From Candidatus Aminicenantes bacterium (GTDB lineage: Bacteria; Acidobacteriota; Aminicenantia; Aminicenantales; Saccharicenantaceae): DNA of 32,315 nt. The notes beneath the pieces were generated by a model, which was given only the letters and a program-made list of their open reading frames with translations, did no database searches and was not told the DNA's origin. The stretch covers positions 1-32,315 of the forward strand of contig JAWOHF010000262.1 in NCBI GenBank assembly GCA_046496285.1, in the 5' to 3' direction. Numbering within the stretch: position 1 is the stretch's first letter; every line of letters begins with the position of its first letter. Below are positions 17,369 through 26,566 of this stretch, piece after piece. The translations under genes were made by a program, and so were the position numbers.

Positions 17369-18910
17369 ATGAACAAGAAGCCATCGCTTGCGAAAAGCGC
17401 GAGGTACGCCGTCGGCGTCGATTCGGGCACCCAGGGCACGAAGGTCTTGGTCGTCCACCTCGATTCGGGGCGCGTCGTCGGCCGCGGGTACGCCCCGCAC
17501 GAAATGATCCCTGGCTTGGGACCGGGGGCCAGCGAGCAGGACCCGGCGACCTGGGCCGGGGCCATGGACAAGGCCCTGACCGCGGCCCTCCGGGCGTCCC
17601 GGATCGAACCCAAGCGCGTGGTTTCGCTCGGGGTCTCGGGTCAGCAGCACGGCTTCGTTCCGCTCGACGGCAAGGGCCGGCCCATCCGGCCGGCCAAGCT
17701 CTGGAACGACACCTCGACCATCGGGGAGACCGAAGAGCTCCTGTCGCGGCTGGGCGGGAAGAAGGGCTGGATCCGCAAGCTCGGCATCGCCCCGGCTGTC
17801 GGCTTCACGGCCTCGAAGATCCTCTGGCTCAAGCGCAATGAGCCGGCGAACTACGCGAAGCTGGCGGCCGTGCTCTTGCCCCACAACTACCTGAACTATC
17901 ACTTGACCGGCCGCATCCACATGGAATACGGCGACGCGTCGGGGACCGGGCTGATGGACATCCGCCGGCGCCGTTGGAGCCCTGAAGCCGTTCGGGCCGT
18001 CGACCCCGGCCTGGCCGTCAAGCTGCCGCGCCTCAGCCACCCGGCCGAGCCCGCGGGCGTCGTGAAGAAGAGCGTCGCGGCCCGTTTCGGCTTCGGCAAG
18101 GTCCTCGTCTCCGCGGGCGGCGGCGACAACATGATGGGCGCCGTCGGCAGCGGCAACGTCAAGCCCGGCGTCTTCTCCCTGAGTCTGGGGACTTCGGGCA
18201 CGGTCTATTCGTATTCGGCAAAGCCCTTCGTCGATCCCCAGGGCGAGATCGCCGCCTTCTGCGACAGCACGGGCGGCTGGCTGCCGCTCCTCTGCACGAT
18301 GAACGTCACCAACACGACCGAGCTCGTCAAGACCCTGTTCAAGCTCGACAACACCCGCCTCGAGTCCCTGGCCCGCTCGGCGCCGGCCGGGGCCGGCGGC
18401 CTTCTCTTCCTGCCGTTCGTCGACGGCGAGCGCGTTCCGGCGCTGCCTTTCGCAAGCGCCGTCCTGTTCGGCCTCGACCGCGGAAGCTTCGACGCGGCCC
18501 ACATCGCCCGGGCCGTCATGGAAGGCGCCATCCTCAATCTCGGTTACGGGGTGGCCAGGATGCGCAAGCTCGGGCTCGCGCCCGGCGAGGTCCGGGCCAC
18601 GGGCGGGGGCGCCAAGAGCCGGCTCTGGCTGCAGATCGCGGCCGACGTCCTGGGCGCGCCGGTCGTGACGCTTCAGGAACAGGAGGCGGCCGCTTTCGGG
18701 GCGGCCCTCCAATCGATCTGGTCCTATCTCCGGGAAAATGGCGAAAAGGCGACCATCGCCGAGATCACGGAAGAGCGAGTCGTCCTTGGCAAGCTGGCCG
18801 CCGAGCCCGACACGGCCAACGCCCTGATCTACGCTTCGCTCCAGGACCGGTTCAATTCCCTCTGGAAACGGCTCGTCCCCGAGTTCAAGGCCCGGCGAGC
18901 GGGGGGCTGA
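17369..18910 (+). CDS. xylB: Xylulokinase (FGGY family)
   Basis: GVDSGTQGTK, GVSGQQHG, AKLWND, GFTASKILW, GGGDNMMGA, SLGTSG, GERVP and TGGGAKS motifs. Confidence 0.85.
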   Translation: MNKKPSLAKSARYAVGVDSGTQGTKVLVVHLDSGRVVGRGYAPHEMIPGLGPGASEQDPATWAGAMDKALTAALRASRIEPKRVVSLGVSGQQHGFVPLDGKGRPIRPAKLWNDTSTIGETEELLSRLGGKKGWIRKLGIAPAVGFTASKILWLKRNEPANYAKLAAVLLPHNYLNYHLTGRIHMEYGDASGTGLMDIRRRRWSPEAVRAVDPGLAVKLPRLSHPAEPAGVVKKSVAARFGFGKVLVSAGGGDNMMGAVGSGNVKPGVFSLSLGTSGTVYSYSAKPFVDPQGEIAAFCDSTGGWLPLLCTMNVTNTTELVKTLFKLDNTRLESLARSAPAGAGGLLFLPFVDGERVPALPFASAVLFGLDRGSFDAAHIARAVMEGAILNLGYGVARMRKLGLAPGEVRATGGGAKSRLWLQIAADVLGAPVVTLQEQEAAAFGAALQSIWSYLRENGEKATIAEITEERVVLGKLAAEPDTANALIYASLQDRFNSLWKRLVPEFKARRAGG

Positions 18911-18948
18911 CGGCCGGCGCAACGGTCTGACCAGCGGCCTCCAAAAGC

Positions 18949-19992
18949 CTAAGTCCGCCCCATCTCGAGGGCGGCCTCGTACATGGCCACGACGTTCTCG
19001 GGGGGAGTGTTGGCCTGGATGTTGTGGCAAGGGGCCAGGATGTAGCCGCCTCCCTGGCCCAGGATGCGCAGGTTGTCCTCGACCTCGCGGCGGACATCCT
19101 CGACCGTCCCGAAGGGCAGCGTGTACTGGTTGTCCATCCCGCCGTGGAGGACGACCTTGGCGCCGAATTCCTTCTTGAGCCGCTCCCGCTCCATGCCCGG
19201 GCAGCGCCATTGGAGAGGGTTGAGGAGGTCGATGCCGAGCTCGATCATGTCGGGGATGATGCGCCAGCAGCTTCCGTCGTTGTGGTGGAAGACGTAGGCC
19301 CCCGCCGAGTGGACCAGGTCGATCATCCGCTTCATGCCGGGCAGCAGGAACTCGCGGATGTGCCGGACCGAGATCATCAGGTCGGTCTGGCCGCCCATGT
19401 CCTCGGCGACGTAGGAGATGTGGACCCGGCCGGGGAGGCGCTCGAAGGTCCGGGCCGTGTCCTCATGAGCCAGGTCGAACAGCTTGCCCAGGCAATAGTG
19501 GGCGATCTCGGGGCTCTCGATGAGGTCGACGAAGGCCTGCTCCTGGCCGCGGAGCTCCTTGTAGATGAGGAAGGGCTCCGACCCGCCGCCGCGAATGGGG
19601 TGGTCCTCGTGGCCGCGGAGCCGGGCGGCGAGGCCCGAATAGTCCCACCAATCGGGGCTCGGCCAGACATAACCGCGCTCGATCTCGGCCACGGAGCGGA
19701 AATCCGCCAGAGGGAAATGGATGCACTCCCGGTAGGCGCCCGTCCCGTAGTCGACCTTCCGGAACCGGCGGCCGAACTCGTCCGTCATCCGAGGGAGCTT
19801 GGGGCCGACGTAGCGCGGACGGACCCTCACTTCATAGTCGACGTGGAGCTTGCGGAGCATCTCGCGCCGGGTCCGGCAGCCGAGATGGCGCATGAGGTTC
19901 CGGGTGGCCTCTTCCGTCCCCCAGTAGTCCATGGGGACGCGGTCCGGCTGGCGCCGTCCGAGGACGGCCAGCCAGCGCTCAAGCGAGGTCAT
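18949..19992 (-). CDS. Uroporphyrinogen decarboxylase / MtaA-CmuA-like family protein
   Basis: MTSLER...PDRVP, HNDGS, LHGGMD and GGGYILAPCHNIQANTPPENV. Start is ATG 19992 or TTG 20007. Confidence 0.8.
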   Translation of the reverse strand: MTSLERWLAVLGRRQPDRVPMDYWGTEEATRNLMRHLGCRTRREMLRKLHVDYEVRVRPRYVGPKLPRMTDEFGRRFRKVDYGTGAYRECIHFPLADFRSVAEIERGYVWPSPDWWDYSGLAARLRGHEDHPIRGGGSEPFLIYKELRGQEQAFVDLIESPEIAHYCLGKLFDLAHEDTARTFERLPGRVHISYVAEDMGGQTDLMISVRHIREFLLPGMKRMIDLVHSAGAYVFHHNDGSCWRIIPDMIELGIDLLNPLQWRCPGMERERLKKEFGAKVVLHGGMDNQYTLPFGTVEDVRREVEDNLRILGQGGGYILAPCHNIQANTPPENVVAMYEAALEMGRT

Positions 19993-20003
19993 GGGCTCGG
20001 GCC

Positions 20004-21575
20004 TCAATGCTTGTGGAGGTCCTTGTGCATGATCTTGCGGATCTCGTGGAGGCGATCGTGGGCCGGCAGGCTTGCGAGCTGCTTGTTCATGCCTTCGTCG
20101 TTCTCGGCCTGCAGCATCCGGACGACGTAATCGATGACGCTCGGCGGGAAGATCCCGTCGCGCTCATAGAGACCGCGTTTCTTGAGGAGAAGACGGCTCG
20201 ATTCGACGCAGCTCGCAGGCAGGTTGGGCAGGCGCTTCAGGAGCTCCTTGTCGGCGAAGATGTTGCCTTTGACGTACAGCCGCTCGGCGAGGTCGAGCGG
20301 TCCGTGGTCCTTGTGGAGGGACGGGTCGGCGGAGAAGGCCCAGTTGGCGGCCATGCAGATGCCGGCCAGCGTCAGGTGGATGTTGGCGCTCCCGTCGGGG
20401 CTGCGGATCTCCACGGTCTGGCGCCCGCCGCGCGGATCGACGAACTCTTCGGTCTCCCGGGGGTTGACCTTGCGGGCCAGGTTCCCGACGCCGTGCCAGC
20501 CGAGCGGGACGCGGATCAGGGCGCTGCGGTTGAGGTCGCTCCAGCAGATGCGGGTCGGAGCCTCCTGGTTGGGGACCAGGCGGAGGTAGGCGGAGGAGAC
20601 CGTGTTGCCGAAGGCCGTCAGGGAGTCGGCGTATTCGCAGAGGCCGCCGACCAGCTTGCGGGCGTCGCCGGAGAGCTTGCCGTCGGGGCCGGTCATGACG
20701 CTTTGGCCGTCCCGGGTGAACTCCAGGTGGAAGTGGAGGCCGCTGCCGGCGACCCCCTCCTCGAGCTTGGGGGCGAAGGTGGCGATGGCGCCGTGCCGGA
20801 AGGCGGTGTTGCGGATGATCCAGCGGCCGATGACCAAGTCGTCGGCCATCTCTTCGATGGGCTTGGGCAAGAACTCGACCTCCATCTGCTCGGCCCGCCG
20901 GCCCTGGATCTCGTCGAGGTCGCTCTTCAGGCTTTCGATCAGGCCGACCTCGCTGTGGGCGTACTTCACGGCTCCGGTGATCCGCGTGATGTGGCCGACC
21001 ATTTCGTCGAGGATGGGGCCGCCCCGGATGAAGGGCGAGGAACCGTGATAGCCCCGCTGGGGCTCGGCCGGGTACATCTTGGCGGACGGCTCGAGGAGCA
21101 GGAAGAACTCCAGCTCGCCCAGGGCGTTGAACTCGAGGCCGGTCGCCCGGCGGAACAAAGACGCGGCCCGGGCCAGGATGTTGTCGTGGGTGAACGGGGC
21201 GGGCTCGCCGTCCTTCGTGAGATAGCGGCAGACGAAGTCCAGGCTGCCCTCGTCGAACGGATTGAAGAAGGCCGTCCGGTACTGGGGTACGATGTAGAGG
21301 TCCGAGAGGGCCATGTCGACCATGCCCTTGAAGAGCGAGGAGCCGTCGGCCCGTTCGCCCTCGGCCAGGATGGCCTCCACCTGGGAGCGGCTGGCGGCCG
21401 GGACCTTGAGCTCCTTGAGCTTGCCGTCGACCGCGGTATAGTGGAAGGTGATGCGCTCGATCTTCTTGGTCTCGACGATCTTGAGCAGGTCGGCCCGGGT
21501 GAATTCGCCGGCGGGCTTGTCGAGGATCAGGGACAACGGATTGGCCAGGGCGTAAGGAAGGGTCTTGTTCGCCAT
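20004..21575 (-). CDS. glnA: Glutamine synthetase (type I family)
   Basis: DGSS, GELEFF, HSEVG, GSGLHFH, RLVPNQEAP, NRSALIRVP and EIRSPD motifs; AAGGAG ribosome-binding site before ATG 21575. Confidence 0.9.
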   Translation of the reverse strand: MANKTLPYALANPLSLILDKPAGEFTRADLLKIVETKKIERITFHYTAVDGKLKELKVPAASRSQVEAILAEGERADGSSLFKGMVDMALSDLYIVPQYRTAFFNPFDEGSLDFVCRYLTKDGEPAPFTHDNILARAASLFRRATGLEFNALGELEFFLLLEPSAKMYPAEPQRGYHGSSPFIRGGPILDEMVGHITRITGAVKYAHSEVGLIESLKSDLDEIQGRRAEQMEVEFLPKPIEEMADDLVIGRWIIRNTAFRHGAIATFAPKLEEGVAGSGLHFHLEFTRDGQSVMTGPDGKLSGDARKLVGGLCEYADSLTAFGNTVSSAYLRLVPNQEAPTRICWSDLNRSALIRVPLGWHGVGNLARKVNPRETEEFVDPRGGRQTVEIRSPDGSANIHLTLAGICMAANWAFSADPSLHKDHGPLDLAERLYVKGNIFADKELLKRLPNLPASCVESSRLLLKKRGLYERDGIFPPSVIDYVVRMLQAENDEGMNKQLASLPAHDRLHEIRKIMHKDLHKH

Positions 21576-21622
21576 CGCGTCGCGCTCCTTTAATGACAAC
21601 GATCAGATGAAGAGGAACTTCT

Positions 21623-21651
21623 ATTTTATGGGAACCTCAAGAAGGGGTCAA
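21623..21651 (-). promoter_or_regulatory. Sigma70-type promoter for glnA
   Basis: TTGACC-17 nt-TAAAAT. The -35 lies inside the inverted repeat arm. Confidence 0.6.
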
Positions 21652-21725
21652 ATCTCCACTCATTAAATTTTCTGCGTCGGACGGCCCCCCAAACGCAATA
21701 TTTAATGAATGGAGATTTGACCCCT
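21643..21725. repeat. AT-rich 83-bp inverted-repeat element (REP/MITE-like)
   Basis: Arms AGGGGTCAAATCTCCA(C/T)TCATTAAAT at 21643-21668 and 21700-21725, with 25/26 pairing and an inner TGCGT/ACGCA extension. Confidence 0.85.
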
Positions 21726-23052
21726 AGTATAAAAGGTAGGGGCGGCGGAGCTCGGCGAAGGCCGCCAGCCCGGGCTCGAGGCCGTCGAGGATCGCCGGGA
21801 CCCCTTCCCCCGCCTCGAGCGCCAGGCGGACCTTGTCGGTGCCCATGATCTTGTCGAAGTAGTCCGTATGGAACGCGAACTTGTCCGGGTACATGTCGCG
21901 GACCGTCTTGATGACGTGCAGCGCGGCAGCGAACGACCGGTAGGCCTTCCTGTCCGTGACGTGGACCTGGCAGCCCCCACAGAGCTGGCCCGCGAACTTG
22001 GAGAACACGGGCGTGAACCAGGCCTCACGGAAGGCCACCCCGGCCAGTCCGAGTCCGTTCAGCTTCCGGGCCAGCTCATAGCCGTCGACCCAAGGGGCGC
22101 CGAACAGCTCGAACGGTTTGGTGGTCCCCCGCCCTTCCGACACGTTGGTCCCTTCGAAATAGACCTGGCCCGGGTAGACCGTGGCCGTGTCGAGGGTCGG
22201 CATGTTGGGCGAAGGGATGACCCAGGGCAGGCCCGTCTCGTCGAACCACATCGGCCTCTGCCAGCCCTCCATGGCCACGACCGTCAGCCGGGCCTTATTG
22301 TCCAGGAATTTGTCGTTGAACAGCAGGGCCAGCTCGCCCAGGGTCATGCCGAAGCGCTCGGGGACGGGATAGAGCCCGACGAACGAGCTGAACGCGGGAT
22401 ACTCGAGGACCGGGCCTTCCATGTCCACGCCGTTGATGGGGTTCGGCCGGTCCAGAACGATGACCTCGATGCCGCTCTCGGCCGCGGCCTGCATGGCGTA
22501 GGCCATGGTCGCGATGTAAGTGTAGATCCGCGTCCCCACGTCCTGGACGTCGAAGACCAGGACGTCGATCCCCTCGACCATGGCCTCTTCGGGGACCTTA
22601 CCGGCGACATCGGTGTCGAACGACCGCATGTACTCATCGATGTCCTTGAGCATGCCGGGAGGGGGCTTGAGAGATTGTCCATAGAGGCTGAAGACCGGCA
22701 GGCCGTACTTGTCATCGATATAGAACGGGACGTATTCGCCGGCCTGGGCGTTGCCCCGGATCCCGTGTTCGGGTCCGTAAAGAGCGACCAGGTCGACCGC
22801 GGGGTGGTCGGCAAAGAGGTCCGCCGTGGACCTCAGACGGCTGTCCACCCCGGTCGGATTGGTGATCAGCCCGACCCGCTTCTCCCGGACGAGCCCGACA
22901 TATCGCTCCAGAAAGACCTCGACGCCGGGCTTGACCCCCAAGGAGAGACCCGCGGATGCTCCGGGCCGCTGGCCGCCTCCGCAGCCCCAGGCCCCGAGAA
23001 GAAGGGCCGTCAAGCCCAGGACGGCCGTCGATCTCATGAGTGGCTTGCGCAT
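21724..23052 (-). CDS. namZ: Exo-beta-N-acetylmuramidase NamZ (DUF1343) lipoprotein
   Basis: Lipobox AWGC, VGLITNPTG, GPEHG, FDVQDVGTRIYTY, LDRPNP, PSPNMP and SEGRGT motifs. Confidence 0.85.
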   Translation of the reverse strand: MRKPLMRSTAVLGLTALLLGAWGCGGGQRPGASAGLSLGVKPGVEVFLERYVGLVREKRVGLITNPTGVDSRLRSTADLFADHPAVDLVALYGPEHGIRGNAQAGEYVPFYIDDKYGLPVFSLYGQSLKPPPGMLKDIDEYMRSFDTDVAGKVPEEAMVEGIDVLVFDVQDVGTRIYTYIATMAYAMQAAAESGIEVIVLDRPNPINGVDMEGPVLEYPAFSSFVGLYPVPERFGMTLGELALLFNDKFLDNKARLTVVAMEGWQRPMWFDETGLPWVIPSPNMPTLDTATVYPGQVYFEGTNVSEGRGTTKPFELFGAPWVDGYELARKLNGLGLAGVAFREAWFTPVFSKFAGQLCGGCQVHVTDRKAYRSFAAALHVIKTVRDMYPDKFAFHTDYFDKIMGTDKVRLALEAGEGVPAILDGLEPGLAAFAELRRPYLLY

Positions 23053-23090
23053 ATTTCACCGTCCTTTCGACGCCCGCCCCGGCGAAGCTC

Positions 23091-23120
23091 AGGATATCAA
23101 GAGCCCGCCGGCGGAGTCAA
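23091..23120 (-). promoter_or_regulatory. Possible promoter for namZ
   Basis: TTGACT-18 nt-TATCCT with TGn extended -10. Confidence 0.4.
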
Positions 23121-23154
23121 CACCACCTCCCCTCGAGAGGGCTTCTCCGGGTCA

Positions 23155-23183
23155 TTGATAATACTCTGAAAATCGGGTATAAA
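23155..23183 (+). promoter_or_regulatory. Sigma70-type promoter for the phosphatase-NTT-kinase operon
   Basis: TTGATA-17 nt-TATAAA, ending 8 nt before ATG 23192. Confidence 0.65.
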
Positions 23184-23191
23184 GGTTATGA

Positions 23192-25075
23192 ATGGCCATG
23201 AAAAGCAACGGCCGGTTCCTCCGGGGGGCCTTGCGAGCTTTGACAAGGTTATCCCTTCCTCTCGCCTTCCTCTTTATTTTCGCGACCCTCTCCTCCCCTG
23301 CCGCCGACATCCCCTATTCGTGGACCGGCGTCGAGCGGACCGTCGCGGTCGGCGATCTCCACGGCGACTACGACCGCTTCGTTTTCATCCTGACCCACCC
23401 GGAAGTCGCCGTCGTCGACAGCGACCTCCGCTGGGCGGCCGGCATGACCCACCTCGTCCAGCTCGGGGACGTCCTGGACCGCGGGCCGGACGCGAAGAAG
23501 ATCTTCGACCTTCTCATGCGGCTCGAGAAGGAGGCCGAGGCGGCCGGCGGCATGCTCCACTTCCTCATCGGCAACCACGAGGAGATAAACATCACCGGCA
23601 TCGCCCTGGACTATCCCCAGTACGTCACTCCCGAGCAGTTCGTCTCCTTCCTGCCGGACGACGTCCGCAAGGTCCGCGAAAAGGCCTACATCGCCTCGCT
23701 GCCGCGCGACCTGCGCCGCCAGGCCGAAGCCGGCGGGCTGGACCTCGCCACGGACGACCGGCTCCGCGCCTACTGGCAGCGGATCAGCCGGGAAGACCCC
23801 GAGGCCCGCCGGGCCTACGTCAACCATTTCAACGAGACCTACGGGAAGTGGATCACCGGGAAGAACACGGTCATCAAGATCAACGACGTCATCTACACCC
23901 ACGGCGGGATCAGCGAGGCCTTCTCGAAGTGGCCCCTCCGGGAGATCAACACCGTCGTCAGGTCGGAACTGGATTTCTTCCGGGGCATGATGAGGAACCC
24001 GCGGAAAACCACCAAGGCCTTCAAGCCCAGGATCGTCTATTCCGAGGACAGCCCGCTCTGGTTCCGGGGGTTGGCCACCAGGAAGGACGCGGCCGCCGAG
24101 GCCGAGATCGACCGCATCCTGGCCAACCTCGGGGCCCGGGCCATCGTCGTCGGGCACAACTACTTCCAGCAGTTCAACGGAGCCAGCCCGATGGTCTCGC
24201 TGGCCAACGTCAGCCGTTTCCAGGGCAAGGTCTTCATCATCGACACGGGCATCGCCGAGGCCTACGGAGGCATCCCCACGGCCCTGATCTACGAGCGCGG
24301 CGAGTTCTCGCTGTGGGGGGAGACGGAGGAAGTCGCCGCCCGGAGGGCCTCTCAAGTCGTCGTCCCGAGCGAGCCTGCGTCCCCCAAGGCCCTCGAAGAG
24401 TATCTTCGGACGGCTTCCGCCAAGGCCCACCCCTCGACCGCTGCCGGTCGGACGGAACCCTGGCGGGTGACCCTCGAAAAGGACGGAGTGACCCGGCGGG
24501 CGATCTTCAAGTACATCGACCGGCGGAGGCCCCACCCGCTCCCCGACAGCTATCACTACGAACTCGCCGCCTACGCCCTGTCGAAACATCTTGGCCTGTC
24601 GTTCGTCCCGCCCGTCGTCAAAAGGGAGATCGACGGCCTCCCCGGCTCCCTGCAGGCCTTCGTCGAGAACGCCGTCACCGAATTCGAAATGAAGGAGCGG
24701 AAACTCATCCCGGGCGATCCTGAGGTCTTCGAACGCGACCGGGAAGACCTGCGTCTCTTCGAGATGCTCGTCCACGACAAGTGCGACAACGAGCAGGACG
24801 TTTTCATCCGCCGCGAGGACCAGACCGTCCTTCGCGTCGATTTCTCGCAGGCCTTCGATCCCCGGAAAAGCCTGCCGAGCGGGTGCGAGATCCGGAAATG
24901 CTCGCGAAAGCTCTACAAAAAGCTGCTGAATTGGGACGAAAAGAGGGTCTCCGGACTCCTTTCGCCCTACCTCAACAACGAAGAGATCGAAGCTCTCCAT
25001 TCCCGCCGCGGGGTGATCGTCCGGATCATCGAGAAGCTCATCCAGACCCGCGGGGAGGGCAACGTCCTGATCTGA
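23192..25075 (+). CDS. Exported Shewanella-like (Shelph) metallophosphoesterase fused to a degenerate PI3/4-kinase-like domain
   Basis: Signal peptide; GDLHG, GDVLDRG, GNHE, HGG, GHN and IDTG motifs. From ~24389 it is homologous to the two downstream kinases (EEYLRTA, AIFK, YELAAY, VPPVV, VDFSQAF). Confidence 0.85.
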   Translation: MAMKSNGRFLRGALRALTRLSLPLAFLFIFATLSSPAADIPYSWTGVERTVAVGDLHGDYDRFVFILTHPEVAVVDSDLRWAAGMTHLVQLGDVLDRGPDAKKIFDLLMRLEKEAEAAGGMLHFLIGNHEEINITGIALDYPQYVTPEQFVSFLPDDVRKVREKAYIASLPRDLRRQAEAGGLDLATDDRLRAYWQRISREDPEARRAYVNHFNETYGKWITGKNTVIKINDVIYTHGGISEAFSKWPLREINTVVRSELDFFRGMMRNPRKTTKAFKPRIVYSEDSPLWFRGLATRKDAAAEAEIDRILANLGARAIVVGHNYFQQFNGASPMVSLANVSRFQGKVFIIDTGIAEAYGGIPTALIYERGEFSLWGETEEVAARRASQVVVPSEPASPKALEEYLRTASAKAHPSTAAGRTEPWRVTLEKDGVTRRAIFKYIDRRRPHPLPDSYHYELAAYALSKHLGLSFVPPVVKREIDGLPGSLQAFVENAVTEFEMKERKLIPGDPEVFERDREDLRLFEMLVHDKCDNEQDVFIRREDQTVLRVDFSQAFDPRKSLPSGCEIRKCSRKLYKKLLNWDEKRVSGLLSPYLNNEEIEALHSRRGVIVRIIEKLIQTRGEGNVLI

Positions 25076-25097
25076 TCGCTCGGCAGGGAGGGTCACC

Positions 25098-26510
25098 ATG
25101 GTCGATCGCCGTCCGCCGTCGGCGCCGTCCCCGGACGGAATCGGCTACCGCTTCCTCAGGCTGTTCGCCGACGTTCGCCGGGGAGAAGCGGCCAAGGCGC
25201 TCCTGCTCGGGTCCAACATCTTCCTCATCCTGATGGCCTATTACATCATCAAGCCCATCCGCGACGCCCTCATCGTGACGGCCAAGACGCCCGAGTTCAA
25301 GAGCTACATGGGCGCCGCTCAGGCCATCCTCCTCATCTTCGTCATCAAAGCCTTCAGCCGGCTGTCCTCCCGGGTCGCCCGTCATGTCCTGATCACCTGG
25401 GTCACGCTTTTCTTCGTTTCCAATCTGGTCCTCTTCAACGTCCTCCTCGCCGCAGGCGGGGGGAGCCGCGAGTCCATGGCTTCCATCGGCATCGTTTTCT
25501 ACATCTGGATCGGCATCTTCAATCTCATGGTCGTCGCCCAGTTCTGGGGTTTCGCCAACGATCTGTACGTCGAGGACATCGGCAAGCGGGTCTTCCCCCT
25601 GGTCTGGCTGGGCGGCACGCTGGGCGCCCCCATCGGTTCAAAGATCAACTCCTGGCTGTCCGGGCCGCTGGGGCTCTACAATCTGTTGTCGGTCGCGGCG
25701 GGGATCCTGGTCGTCTGCATCGTCCTGGCCGTCATCATCCACAACAAGGAGATCCGCAGAGCCGCAGGGGCGACGGCCGCCACGGGCGCCCCTTCGCCGG
25801 CCCTCGAGGCCCACCGGAAAGCCCAGGAGCAGCCCCTCAAGCGGGGCGGCGGGTTCCGCCTGGTCTTCAAGAGCCGCTACCTTCTCTTCGTCGCCCTGGT
25901 CATCGGCGTCTACAACTTCGTCAACGCCAACGGCGAGTACATGATCGCCCGGGTCATCTCCAACCTGGCCGACAAGGCCATCGCCTCGGGCGAGGCTCTG
26001 GCGATGAGCAAGGAGCAGATCGTCAACAACTTCTTCGCCGACTATCAATTCCTGACCGGCGTCCTGACGATCGTCATCCAGCTGTTCCTGGTCTCCCGGA
26101 TCTACAAATGGGTCGGCATCCGGGGTGCGCTCCTCGTCCTGCCCGTCATCGCCCTGTTCGGCTACAGCCTGATCACCTTCGGGGCCACGTTGGCCCTTCT
26201 CAAGTGGGTCAAATCGACCGAGAACGGGATGGATTATTCCCTGATGAACACGACCAAGGGAGCCCTCTTCCTGGTCACGAGCCGGGAGGAGAAATACAAG
26301 GCCAAAGCGGCCATCGACACGTTCTTCGTCCGCGGCGGGGACACGCTGTCGGCCCTAGCCATCTTCCTGGGCACGACCTACCTGGCCGCCAAGGTCGAGG
26401 GGTACGCCGTCCTGAACGTCGCCATGGGCGTCCTATGGATCTTCCTGACCTATTTGGTCATCCGGGAATACCGGAAGCAGGGGGCCGTTAAGGACCCGTC
26501 CGGGACTTGA
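25098..26510 (+). CDS. NTT/TLC (Npt1/Npt2, ATP:ADP antiporter-like) MFS transporter
   Basis: About 12 hydrophobic segments; YYIIKPIRDAL, QFWGFANDLY, KRVFPL and EKYKAKAAIDTFFVRGGD motifs; GGAGG ribosome-binding site. Confidence 0.8.
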   Translation: MVDRRPPSAPSPDGIGYRFLRLFADVRRGEAAKALLLGSNIFLILMAYYIIKPIRDALIVTAKTPEFKSYMGAAQAILLIFVIKAFSRLSSRVARHVLITWVTLFFVSNLVLFNVLLAAGGGSRESMASIGIVFYIWIGIFNLMVVAQFWGFANDLYVEDIGKRVFPLVWLGGTLGAPIGSKINSWLSGPLGLYNLLSVAAGILVVCIVLAVIIHNKEIRRAAGATAATGAPSPALEAHRKAQEQPLKRGGGFRLVFKSRYLLFVALVIGVYNFVNANGEYMIARVISNLADKAIASGEALAMSKEQIVNNFFADYQFLTGVLTIVIQLFLVSRIYKWVGIRGALLVLPVIALFGYSLITFGATLALLKWVKSTENGMDYSLMNTTKGALFLVTSREEKYKAKAAIDTFFVRGGDTLSALAIFLGTTYLAAKVEGYAVLNVAMGVLWIFLTYLVIREYRKQGAVKDPSGT

Positions 26511-26535
26511 TTTTCGCCGGGCCCCGGCCTATTAT
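26507..26535 (+). promoter_or_regulatory. Internal promoter before the two kinase genes
   Basis: TTGATT-17 nt-TATTAT, with a GCCGGG/CCCGGC inverted repeat in the spacer. Confidence 0.5.
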
Positions 26536-26566
26536 GGGGACATAGGCGACAGTGGAGGGACATCGG

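Noticed and set aside
23198-23240. Tat signal on the phosphatase (GRFLR)
   Set aside because: No twin arginine; more consistent with a Sec-type leader.
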